The notes under the pieces: model-generated
What the model saw: the letters and a program-made list of their open reading frames with translations, nothing else
The model's database searches: none
Told to the model about the DNA's origin: nothing
Position numbers and translations under genes: made by a program
In this document: piece by piece, positions 50,467 to 59,245 of the stretch
How the letters are laid out: each line of letters begins with the position of its first letter
How positions within the stretch are numbered: the stretch's first letter is position 1
Origin: an uncultured archaeon
GTDB lineage: Archaea; Asgardarchaeota; Thorarchaeia; Thorarchaeales; Thorarchaeaceae
Assembly: GCA_964558645.1 (NCBI GenBank)
Contig: CAZLEV010000002.1
Span: forward strand, 256,001-320,000
Length of the DNA stretch: 64,000 bases
Reading direction: 5' to 3'

Positions 50467-51429
50467 ATGAAGAAGGGCTTCATTGTATTATATGCAATTC
50501 TCATTTTAGTAGTTTTCATGCAAGCGCAGGTAGATGCAACAGCCCAAGGGGACAGTGAGTTTGAAACGAAAGACTTCCTGCTTGATGATGGCACACTGAC
50601 TTATCGAGGCTGGATGCAGACCGAACAACCTAGCAGCTCCAATCCGTACGGAGTAGAAGGGTTGTTGAATGTGAGTATAACCGCGTACGCCAGTGTGAGA
50701 TCGCTCTCGGATGAAATTGTGAGGTTTGAGGTTTCGATGTACTTCAATGCACAAGAGTGCTATCAGAAGCGTCAGGGCACGGAGTACACGCCAGACAGCG
50801 ACGGAATACGATACTATGATAGTGAACTGGACTTCATTGGCACAGACGATATGCAGTATGAGTATGAGGGGAACGTGAACAAGAAGGACGGCAGGTACTC
50901 TCTCTTCCACGCGCCGCAGGGAGCATCATACTACTCGGTTGCTGCCTACTTCGACAGTGTCTTCGTCTATGAATGGATTGCAACGCTACCAGTGCCATTC
51001 CCGGAAGCAGGAGAACAGAACGGGTTCTTCGTCCATAATATCTCAGAATGGTCCATTGGAACAGATTACCATAAGGACTACACCGTATCCGGGGAGTCGA
51101 CCTATGGTTCCTATGAAACATGGGTCTTGGAGCCGAAGAGTAACCTAGCAGGCATGGATGTTTTTGAGGACAGGATAGAGTGGGAGAAAACCAGCGGCCT
51201 GTTTCTCCAACAAGACTCAAGATTCGTGGAAACCAATGAGTTCGATTTTGAGTACCATCTCAGAGCCACTGAGTATGAAGATATGATTCTGATACCAGCT
51301 CCAGCCGTTGTTGACCCCTTGATGACAGGTATTGGAGGATTTGCGGTGGTGGGAATCATTGCCATAGTTATTCTCTACAAAAGGCAGAAGGACAGCCATA
51401 GCCAAGTCGTGCTACCTCCCGGATTCTGA
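50467..51429 (+). CDS. Secreted, TM-anchored hypothetical protein
   Basis: Signal peptide, aromatic beta-rich body, C-terminal TM. Confidence 0.8.
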   Translation: MKKGFIVLYAILILVVFMQAQVDATAQGDSEFETKDFLLDDGTLTYRGWMQTEQPSSSNPYGVEGLLNVSITAYASVRSLSDEIVRFEVSMYFNAQECYQKRQGTEYTPDSDGIRYYDSELDFIGTDDMQYEYEGNVNKKDGRYSLFHAPQGASYYSVAAYFDSVFVYEWIATLPVPFPEAGEQNGFFVHNISEWSIGTDYHKDYTVSGESTYGSYETWVLEPKSNLAGMDVFEDRIEWEKTSGLFLQQDSRFVETNEFDFEYHLRATEYEDMILIPAPAVVDPLMTGIGGFAVVGIIAIVILYKRQKDSHSQVVLPPGF

Positions 51430-51545
51430 CCGCCTTATTCTGTATCGCGATGAAAACGAGGCGAATTCCTATATCAGAGAATTAGTTATATGCTAGTAGA
51501 AGGAAGGCAGGTTTGCTTGCGTCGCCATAGGATAGGGAGTTTCGT

Positions 51546-52541
51546 ATGAGAAAGCTAGCTGTAATCATATTTCTAGTCACTGTAATGCTACCTACTTCCT
51601 GTTATGCCGCAGGATCCTTTCATGTGGCAGACACGAGATTCGACTTTGACGAGAGCATATCTCCTGGAAGCTGGTATTGGATTCGCTCATCTAGTGTAGA
51701 ACCCGGAATGGGATTCTACGGAAGCGTGAAGGTCGACTCTGGCCAGGACCTAGACTTCTTCGTCTGTGATGTTGATGGCTATAACGATGTTCAGAACGGA
51801 AAGAGTACAACCCCTCTCCATCACTGGGGGGAAGATATCACGGGCACCACCGATTTCGAGTTCATTGCTCCTGATAATGGTGATCTGTATTGGTGCTTCA
51901 GTAATCACGACAGCGTCTTCACAACTATTCATATTCAGGGATACCTGAGTCGCGACCTGACAGCACCCGAACTTGACATAATAAGCCCCAATCAAGGTCA
52001 GACTGTGGATGGAACGGTGGTACTTGAAGCGACTGCCGAGGACAATCAGTTTGAAGTGGAACTGATGCGCGTCTATGTTGATGACAGCCTGAAGAAGACT
52101 GTCAGTTCTGACTCAATCACATACTACTGGGACTCGAAAGAGGTTGACGACGGCGCCCATACCGTCAAGTTCTACGTCAGTGACAACGTGAACAATGAGC
52201 GTGAGATCATCCGAACGGTATACGTGGACAATATTATCGAAGTAACTTCTACGACGGGGACGAGTTCAACGACCTCCACGACAGATTCAGGTTCAACACC
52301 AACTCAAGATCCAGGTGGCCAAGATCCAGCGAATACCTCCCCGATGCTTCTCTCCATGCCTCTCATCACTGGGGCATTCATCGTGTTAGGGATTGCTGGC
52401 GTTGGTTATGCGGTAAGTAGGAAGGAGAGCGCAACGTCGGCTCCGGTCTCTGAAGCCAAGGTTTTCGTCATCTGTCCGTACTGTGGTGCAAAAGTGGAAC
52501 AGGGAATCACGAAGTGCCATAAGTGCGGTGCAGAAATCTAG
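51546..52541 (+). CDS. Surface protein: beta-sandwich plus Ig-like domain, S/T linker, TM, cytoplasmic zinc ribbon
   Basis: D.TAP...IISP..G.TV.GTV, WDS..V.DG.HT, CPYCG...CHKCG. Confidence 0.85.
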   Translation: MRKLAVIIFLVTVMLPTSCYAAGSFHVADTRFDFDESISPGSWYWIRSSSVEPGMGFYGSVKVDSGQDLDFFVCDVDGYNDVQNGKSTTPLHHWGEDITGTTDFEFIAPDNGDLYWCFSNHDSVFTTIHIQGYLSRDLTAPELDIISPNQGQTVDGTVVLEATAEDNQFEVELMRVYVDDSLKKTVSSDSITYYWDSKEVDDGAHTVKFYVSDNVNNEREIIRTVYVDNIIEVTSTTGTSSTTSTTDSGSTPTQDPGGQDPANTSPMLLSMPLITGAFIVLGIAGVGYAVSRKESATSAPVSEAKVFVICPYCGAKVEQGITKCHKCGAEI

Positions 52542-52789
52542 ACCTCAAGAGTGTGTAGGGTGGGCGGCCGCCCAGAATCTGTCGCTCACTTACCCCCTCC
52601 CCCTTGATACTTTGCGACCTTCTCGGACCGGCTGCTAATTGAGTACAATATGCTAGGTTTTCTGAATGCCAAGATGAAAACTTACAGACTACCGGTGGGA
52701 ACGTAGTGATTCAAGAGGGCCAGAAGGGCAGCGACTTAGGTTTCCATTTCGCCTGAAAGACTGGTCTTCTGCCATGGACTTCCCTTCGT

Positions 52790-52923
52790 ATGTCCTTCTT
52801 TCTCTTCTTCTTCCGCTCAGTGCGTGCCTTATCCGCTGCATCGATCTCCTCCCACTCCTTCATCTTCTCAAGTACACGTTCAGACTGGCGTTCGGCTTCT
52901 CGCTTGTACTCCTCGGTCTTCAT
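52790..52923 (-). pseudogene. 3' fragment of gene X
   Basis: KTEEYKREAERQSERVLEKMKEWEEIDAADKARTERKKK versus KTPEFKAAMERQSQRVREKMKEWEEIEAADRARSEKRRK. Confidence 0.9.
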
Positions 52924-52926
52924 GCA

Positions 52927-53433
52927 CTATGGCTCTTCCGAACCGGATGAAGACCGATAATCGCTTCTGGCGTGCCACCTATGGGCAACGAAGTAGGTCA
53001 GTATCTGAAGAACAGGAAGCGGGAATGCATCCATACCAGCCCAACCATCCAGGCGGTATGAAAAGGCTACAAGATAGAACAACGGAATGATAAGAGTTCC
53101 AAGCAGTACGCCACGGATGGTCTTGCCCTTGCCCCAGGCACGACAAGACACCATCCATAGCAGGAAGACGCCCAGGGTCATTGCCATTGCGCTCCAAATG
53201 GTGTGCACGATTGTTGGCATCAGCAAAGAAAGACTTGAGAATGGGCCAGATAGGTAGCTTCCATAGGAGTAGCTGATTGTCCAGACTGTTGCTACTAATA
53301 TGATACTGGTCTGATGGTTGTCCACCAAAGATCTGAATTCAATACTCAATGTATGGGGAGCTAGAAGAAATATCAGCACCAAGATGAGGATCTGACGAGT
53401 TGAAATGCTGGAGCTTGATTCCATTTTTCCCAT
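52927..53433 (-). CDS. Hypothetical multi-TM protein
   Basis: About 5 TMs; start trimmed to MGKMES. Confidence 0.65.
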   Translation of the reverse strand: MGKMESSSSISTRQILILVLIFLLAPHTLSIEFRSLVDNHQTSIILVATVWTISYSYGSYLSGPFSSLSLLMPTIVHTIWSAMAMTLGVFLLWMVSCRAWGKGKTIRGVLLGTLIIPLFYLVAFSYRLDGWAGMDAFPLPVLQILTYFVAHRWHARSDYRSSSGSEEP

Positions 53434-53641
53434 CTCAATTGACCACCCTGCAATATCGTTGGAACAGAGAACTAGGAATGATCTCTCCCGAAGAACAATT
53501 GCTTTGTTTCTTCTTAAACTATCCTGCAAGTTTCTTATTGCGGGAGGGCAGGAGGCGATGGCCGAAATCTTCGACAAATCGAAGATGAGGATGTAAAGGG
53601 GTGCATTTCTAATAGCCTGACATGTTTGACCCAATCGCCCA

Positions 53642-54094
53642 CTACGAATCACGGGTTCTCCGGACAAGAAGTATGTATATCTCGATGCAGGAGGTGACAA
53701 CCCCGAACAACCCCAGCACAACCACCACAGCTGCGAGATCCATCGGGACATAGGGCATCATGACCAACACAAAGAGCAAGAGAAAGGTGGCGTAGAAGGA
53801 GAGGTATAGAACGAAACGCGGCACGAGTCTGTTGCCCAGGAGAAGGTAGAACCTGAGTTCGCCCAGAGGAACAAGTCGTACAACCGTGTATCGGCCCATG
53901 TCATCCCCAGCCACAAGGCCAAGGGACTCCAGCTTCTTCAGATGATACGATGCGAGGCTGACGCTGGACAGCTTCGTCCCGTCCTTCACCTCGCGACGAG
54001 TCCTGCCCTCGTTCTGTATGATTAGCCAGCGATAGACTTGGAGGGTCGTCCTATGGAGGTCAGGTTCTTTGTCGTCCGCCGTCATCCATGGCAT
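53642..54094 (-). CDS. Winged-helix regulator with C-terminal TM helices
   Basis: TTLQVY...REV.....LSS.SLA.YHL.KL...GLV....G.Y plus two TMs. Confidence 0.8.
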   Translation of the reverse strand: MPWMTADDKEPDLHRTTLQVYRWLIIQNEGRTRREVKDGTKLSSVSLASYHLKKLESLGLVAGDDMGRYTVVRLVPLGELRFYLLLGNRLVPRFVLYLSFYATFLLLFVLVMMPYVPMDLAAVVVVLGLFGVVTSCIEIYILLVRRTRDS

Positions 54095-54111
54095 CCCCAG
54101 ATTCCTGTGAG

Positions 54112-55239
54112 CTACTCCACTTCCATTTTCCTAACGGATCTCCTTAAAGCGTATTCTGTGGAGAGAGCCGCTACAACGGCAACTGTCATACTTGTCACCG
54201 TAAAGAGAATCCAGAGCGTTTCGCATGGACGCTCTAAGACTGCCAGGTCTAGGCTCTCACGGTACGGCACAGTCTGCACGACCTCGCCCGTGCGCGCATC
54301 GATGAGCACATCACATCGTGATACATCATCAGAAGTCACCACATACCAGACAAGGCGCATATGGTGTGGTGTGGTCTCTGCCTCAATCGTGTCGCTTACA
54401 GTGAGATTGTACATGACAACCCGTTTCCCAGTGACCTGCTTCGCTATGTCATACGCACTGAACTCATTTATCGTTGGACCCAGTGTGAAAACGCCCAAAT
54501 CGCGCCAGAGGTAATGGAATCCTGAGACCCGCCCGGTCAGGATATCCACTTCGATAAGGATGCCATCCCCACTGTACCCCAATGAGAAAGAAGGAGGGGA
54601 TTTGATGGAGATGCCATTAGAAACGTGTTCGAAAGCGAGGTGGTAGTTGCCGGATGTATGATGCTGAATCACTCCACAATAGCGTGCGTCCTTCGGCAAC
54701 GTGATATTGTTCAGATTCAAGAATGCCATTGCAGAGGCCTCTGCAGCAGCTGGTGCGATTGGCTGGGTCTGATTCTCTGAATCGCCTCTGAGAGCACCAC
54801 TTGTACACTCGAATCTGATCACCTCCCCCGAGACCGCGCTCACCTGAACCCATGTGCTCTTTTCATTGACGAAGAAGCGCCACGCCGGGATACGGGAGAC
54901 CTTACTGGCATATATGAGATGAAATGAGGACCAGTCCCATTCCGGGTAGTTCAACTGGAAGAACGATATTGCGTTCTTGCGGGCCTGGCTCTCGTTGACT
55001 AAGTAATACTCAGAACCGGGATCAACAACGATGAATGAACCGTTTTCGATGACCAGGTCCTGAAATCGGAACACACGTTCGGATTCATCGACATAACTCC
55101 AAAAGGCTGTTTCATCTATCGGTAGAGAGCCGATCTTTGTTTCTATTGGGAGGCTATTCGCTCCAACAAAGGCAATTGAACCCACAAGTATACCGAATAC
55201 GATGCAAGCCAGCCATGTCCCTCTCTGTATCATGAGCAA
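54112..55239 (-). CDS. PepSY-like domain secreted, TM-anchored protein
   Basis: VSAVSGEV, VDILTGRV and IDARTGEV repeats; signal peptide and C-terminal TM. Confidence 0.75.
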   Translation of the reverse strand: MLMIQRGTWLACIVFGILVGSIAFVGANSLPIETKIGSLPIDETAFWSYVDESERVFRFQDLVIENGSFIVVDPGSEYYLVNESQARKNAISFFQLNYPEWDWSSFHLIYASKVSRIPAWRFFVNEKSTWVQVSAVSGEVIRFECTSGALRGDSENQTQPIAPAAAEASAMAFLNLNNITLPKDARYCGVIQHHTSGNYHLAFEHVSNGISIKSPPSFSLGYSGDGILIEVDILTGRVSGFHYLWRDLGVFTLGPTINEFSAYDIAKQVTGKRVVMYNLTVSDTIEAETTPHHMRLVWYVVTSDDVSRCDVLIDARTGEVVQTVPYRESLDLAVLERPCETLWILFTVTSMTVAVVAALSTEYALRRSVRKMEVE

Positions 55240-55337
55240 ACCCCTGTCAGACCAGTGGATGAGCTATACTTATTCAGGACTAGATGATAAGACTACTTTT
55301 TTTCCTCTGATTCAGAAGAGAAATGGCTATGACCAAT

Positions 55338-55406
55338 CGTGAAGTTCGACATGGATCGCCCGGAATCGGTGCCACGAAGAGCTCCGCGTACGTCCCGCTC
55401 AAGTAG
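55338..55406 (+). pseudogene. Displaced uS19 3' end, best-preserved copy
   Basis: REVRHGSPGIGATKSSAYVPLK* identical in protein to 39012-39080; 15 of 23 codons differ synonymously. Confidence 0.95.
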
Positions 55407-55432
55407 AATCATCTTCGAGACGAGGGGCACCA

Positions 55433-55523
55433 TCAACCCTTTCTTCCTTTCTTTTTCTTCTGCTCAGCGCGAGCCCTGTCCTCTGCATCGATCTCCTACC
55501 ACTCCCTCATCTTCCCCTCTCAC
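55433..55523 (-). pseudogene. 3' fragment of gene X with an internal stop
   Basis: KMREW*EIDAEDRARAEQKKKKGRKG*. Confidence 0.88.
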
Positions 55524-55694
55524 TCCCTATTCCAGTGTTGTATCAGAATCTACTGGCGCCCGAAATCGGCGTTATTCTGACACAACGATTTCCATGCCAG
55601 TTTTTGTTGGAGAAGAGTATAGAATACATATCACAAGCCTCTTATATTATTCCGAATTAACTATTGTTCACTACATACACTAATAGGTGATTTA

Positions 55695-56099
55695 TTGATG
55701 AACCGAACAAAATCCCTTCTGGCTATGGCTATGATCATGGTTTTCCTCAGCATAAGTTCTGTTGGAGCCGTGACCATCGAAGATACAGCAACTCTAACTG
55801 TAAAGCATCGAATTCCCGGTACTGCAGCAGGTCAAATCCTGCTTGGTGACCCATTCGCTCTGCCTTTTGAGCTACCAGTGGACGTCTACGTTAATGGTGA
55901 ACTTGCCTTTACTTTCTCTTTCAGAGACACGGTAGGTCCCATCGAATTGCCGGCAGGTACATACACCGTAGAGGTAAAACTCGCGGGTACTGACATCACA
56001 GTCATCGGTCCCCTTGACCTAACTCTTGAAGCTGGTGATGATGTCACCGCAGTAGCTGTCCTGCAAGGACGACGAGGTCCAACATTACTCCTTGAGTAG
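55695..56099 (+). CDS. Secreted DUF4397-like protein
   Basis: V.H.IPG, PVDVYVNG, LPAGTYTVEV. Confidence 0.75.
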   Translation: MMNRTKSLLAMAMIMVFLSISSVGAVTIEDTATLTVKHRIPGTAAGQILLGDPFALPFELPVDVYVNGELAFTFSFRDTVGPIELPAGTYTVEVKLAGTDITVIGPLDLTLEAGDDVTAVAVLQGRRGPTLLLE

Positions 56100-56244
56100 A
56101 TTTTTGTTTCCGATGTCAGAGAGGCTAATATTTTAGCCTCATCCTTCTTTTCCTTTTTCTCTTCCAAGGAATTTCTCGAGTGTGCTTCTCGCCTGTACCC
56201 TCCCAATAGTGACGACTTAGGCTCTATTGTCGGCTCAGGAGAGC

Positions 56245-56400
56245 GATGAAGAGAACATCTGATTGGACTCCGAGTCGGCCAAAGAGGAGCTGTTGACTCT
56301 GCTGGATTCCTTTCCGGATGAACGGCTGGAGGGCATCGAGGTTTCGCGAGAAGTCAATGATCCAGAGAACGAGGGGCCGAAACTCATCCTTCCGGTTTAG
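56245..56400 (+). pseudogene. C-terminal remnant of an SRAP (YedK/HMCES-like) protein
   Basis: EENI*LD....ELL.LL..FPDE.L....VSREVNDPENEGPKLI resembles the SRAP C-terminus with the Trp of WLD read as TGA. Confidence 0.6.
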
Positions 56401-56496
56401 GATAGGCCTCATCATAGACAGTCTACCACTGAGCCAGACATCCGGAGCAGATGCATTCAAATCCACGAAAACCAGTGCATTCAGAGGTGTGAGGTA

Positions 56497-57081
56497 GTGA
56501 ATGCCGAGAGAGTATCATCCCAGAGTCGGCGATTTGTCCCTCCCGTAACAGGCCTATGGCCCGGCGAGAGGATAGTCTGGATCCGAAGACCAGGAACCGG
56601 GTTCTGGATAACGTGTTTTGGGATTTTGTTGGTATTAAGCATTATTTCGCTCCCCTTCACGATTGCGTCCGATCTTGGTCTCTCAGGAGCAGCTCCCCCG
56701 CTCTTTGCGGCAGTGGGTGGTATTGTCATCTTCATGTACTTCTATATCGTGAGAAGACGTACAAGATACTACCTGACAGATGAGCGGATAATCGAGGTCC
56801 GTGGCGACCGTATCGTCAAGGAGATGTCATTGGAGCGTTTCGCTGGAAGACCCATGGGCCAGTTTTTGGAGTCACGTGTCACACATACTGTCAACAACAT
56901 GCCGATGTATGACATTCGGATATATGACCCTCTCTCAGATGAGACCATGGTGCTCAAGAGCCTGGATGGCTTCTCTGCATCGTGGCTAGAGGAGATTGGG
57001 AAGATACGGGAGTGCCGTTATTGTGGTCTTGAAAATGTGGCCATAGCGGGCAAGTGTAAGAACTGTGGAGCGGTGCTGTAA
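56497..57081 (+). CDS. Membrane protein with bacterial PH-like domain and zinc ribbon
   Basis: L.PGE.I.W..RP, two TMs, T.Y.LTD.RII, CRYCG..CKNCG. Confidence 0.75.
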   Translation: MNAERVSSQSRRFVPPVTGLWPGERIVWIRRPGTGFWITCFGILLVLSIISLPFTIASDLGLSGAAPPLFAAVGGIVIFMYFYIVRRRTRYYLTDERIIEVRGDRIVKEMSLERFAGRPMGQFLESRVTHTVNNMPMYDIRIYDPLSDETMVLKSLDGFSASWLEEIGKIRECRYCGLENVAIAGKCKNCGAVL

Positions 57082-57161
57082 CCTATACAGTACAAGGGGA
57101 GTATTTTCTCTAGGTCAACTGACGTGCTAGAAGGAGAATAGAGAAGAACGGGATAAAAGAG

Positions 57162-57197
57162 GCCTCCACCAAAGCTACGTACGCGCCACTCAAGTAA
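57162..57197 (+). pseudogene. Degenerate uS19 3'-end copy at the distal island boundary
   Basis: ASTKATYAPLK* versus GATKSSAYVPLK*. Confidence 0.6.
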
Positions 57198-57517
57198 GTC
57201 TGTATCCTGAGAAATAGTAGGATAGCACGCCTCTTTCTTACCTTGTCATACGCCGTAGCTTCAATCAGTACCGAAACAGCAGACTGAATGCAAACCCTTT
57301 TGGTTTCTCATTGAACCTAAGATTGCAGGCACCAAGCAGATTGGCCCATCAGACCCAGTCGCCATTGCACAAGAGGACTAATGCCGACTCTTTTTCCAGC
57401 AGTTCGTTTGTTATCTTTGGTTACTCTAGGTATCATTCGGCTGTTCACAGCAAGATCTAGGTGTGGCTCTTCGATTCTTTCGCCTTTCGTCAGAAGAGGA
57501 AGCGAAGCATGTGTGCG

Positions 57518-58174
57518 TTATCGGTACTTCTTGACAATCTCTAGGAACTTCTCCACGTTCTCAGTGATAATGTCGAAGCGCCCTTCCTTGATTGCTTTCT
57601 TATCTGTGATTGCAGACCCGACTCCGAGTGCGAATGCACCCGCACCCAGCATTGGGCCCGCAGTATCAAGATCCACACCTCCTGTTGGTACCAAGGGAAT
57701 ATGAGGGATTGGAGCTCTTACTGCCTTAAGATAGGAGGCGCCCCCCAGATTTCCACATGGGAACACCTTGACGGCGTCGGCACCCATAGTGTAGGCTTCA
57801 AGAATTTCTGTTGGAGTCACAGCTCCGGGGATGCAAGGTTTCGCGTATCTTCGGCTTGTTTCGATGAGCTCTCTTGAGTAGGAGGGGCTCACAATGAACT
57901 CGCTTCCTGCAAGAATTGCCTGGCGTGCTGTAGCTCCATCAAGAACAGTGCCTGTTCCAATCAGAACCTTGTCGCCATAGCTGTCGGCCAGTTGTTTCAC
58001 AACGTCAATTGCACCGGGCACACTGAAAGTGACCTCGATGATGTTAACACCGCCTTCCAAGAAGGCATCTGATACCTTGAATGCTAGGTCTGGCGAGTCC
58101 ACTCGGATGATGGGAATGAGACCAGTTTCGTAGATTAGACGCATTGCTTTCTGTTTCTCCCACATATTATTCAC
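57518..58174 (-). CDS. eda: KDPG/KHG aldolase
   Basis: IEVTF, GTGTVLD, FIVSP, PGAVTPTEI, KVFP, PTGGV. Confidence 0.92.
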   Translation of the reverse strand: MNNMWEKQKAMRLIYETGLIPIIRVDSPDLAFKVSDAFLEGGVNIIEVTFSVPGAIDVVKQLADSYGDKVLIGTGTVLDGATARQAILAGSEFIVSPSYSRELIETSRRYAKPCIPGAVTPTEILEAYTMGADAVKVFPCGNLGGASYLKAVRAPIPHIPLVPTGGVDLDTAGPMLGAGAFALGVGSAITDKKAIKEGRFDIITENVEKFLEIVKKYR

Positions 58175-59170
58175 CTATCTGTCTATTCTAAGACCTCTCT
58201 CTCGTCCCTTGATTAGCTTTTCAACTTCTTCTCTATAGACGAAGGCTAGGTCGCCCGGCACAGAATGTTTTATGGCCGAGAATGCAGAACCGAAATCCAC
58301 TGCCTTCTGAGTATCGCCAAGCTCGAGGTAACCATAGATGAATCCTGCACTACAGGAGTCACCTCCTCCGAGCCTGTCAACCACCTCAACATCATACTTC
58401 GGACTGCGATAGACCTTTCCGTCGGAGTATGCAAAGACGGACCATACATTCTTCCATACTGAGGGCGTTTCTCTCAGTGTTATTACTACGACCTCGAACC
58501 CGAATTTGTCAACAAGCTTAGCTGCAACATCCTCGTAGTCTTTTCCCTCGATACCATAGACCACCTTTGTGTCTTCTTCGGTCGTGATCAATATGTCTAT
58601 GTGCTCGGAGGCCGGCCCGGTGAACTTGTTTGCTTCTAAGGGGCTCCACAATTTCCCTCTATAGTTCACATCATAAGATACTTTGCAGCCCTGCTCTTTC
58701 GCCACCCTGAGGGCTTCGCTGGTTGCCTCTCGGCAGGTCGCGCTTAGGGCCGGTGTTATACCGCTAGTGTGGAACAGCTTGGTCCCTTTCAGAATCTGTA
58801 TCCATTCCACTTCACCCGGTTTGATCTTACTGATTGCAGAATCCTTTCGGTCATAGATGACGCGATTGGTGCGAGGGGCTGAACCAAACTCGACATAGTA
58901 GACTCCACAGCGGCTATCAGGGCTCCACAGTATATGTGATGTTTCAACACCATGTTCTCTAGCTTTATTTCTTATGAAGTGACCAATGGAGTTGTCGCCC
59001 AACTTGGTCACATAAGCAGAATTCAGACCCAACCGAGCACAGGCCACTGCAACATTCATCTCTGCGCCTCCTGCATGCGCGTTGTAGCTGTGGGTCTGCT
59101 CGAAACGCATGAAGTCTGGAGGCGAGAGTCTCAGCATAACCTCGCCAAACGTAACAACATCGTAACCCAT
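58175..59170 (-). CDS. kdgK: 2-keto-3-deoxygluconate kinase (PfkB family)
   Basis: FGEVMLRLSPP, GGAE.NVA, VIYDR, D.NYR.KLW, DRLGGGD. Confidence 0.85.
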   Translation of the reverse strand: MGYDVVTFGEVMLRLSPPDFMRFEQTHSYNAHAGGAEMNVAVACARLGLNSAYVTKLGDNSIGHFIRNKAREHGVETSHILWSPDSRCGVYYVEFGSAPRTNRVIYDRKDSAISKIKPGEVEWIQILKGTKLFHTSGITPALSATCREATSEALRVAKEQGCKVSYDVNYRGKLWSPLEANKFTGPASEHIDILITTEEDTKVVYGIEGKDYEDVAAKLVDKFGFEVVVITLRETPSVWKNVWSVFAYSDGKVYRSPKYDVEVVDRLGGGDSCSAGFIYGYLELGDTQKAVDFGSAFSAIKHSVPGDLAFVYREEVEKLIKGRERGLRIDR

Positions 59171-59245
59171 TGAACCACCATCTCGTGACTTAAGGTAGTA
59201 AAAGAAGTGTTGGTCCGAGATTTAAAACGTATTGGAAAAGACAAG

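Larger units (their letters stand above)
39081..57197. mobile_element. Stacked cassette island anchored at the uS19 3' end, no integrase recognised
   Basis: uS19 3'-end copies at 42359, 50095, 55338 and 57162; gene X 3' fragments at 39115, 50142, 52790 and 55433; heterogeneous base composition. Confidence 0.8.

Noticed and set aside
52771-52799. Possible additional uS19 3' remnant
   Set aside because: Only 18/29 nt match; the position fits but the similarity is too weak to call as a feature.
57200-57270. Possible gene X tail after the last uS19 remnant (IEATAYDKVRKRR)
   Set aside because: Low-complexity similarity only.
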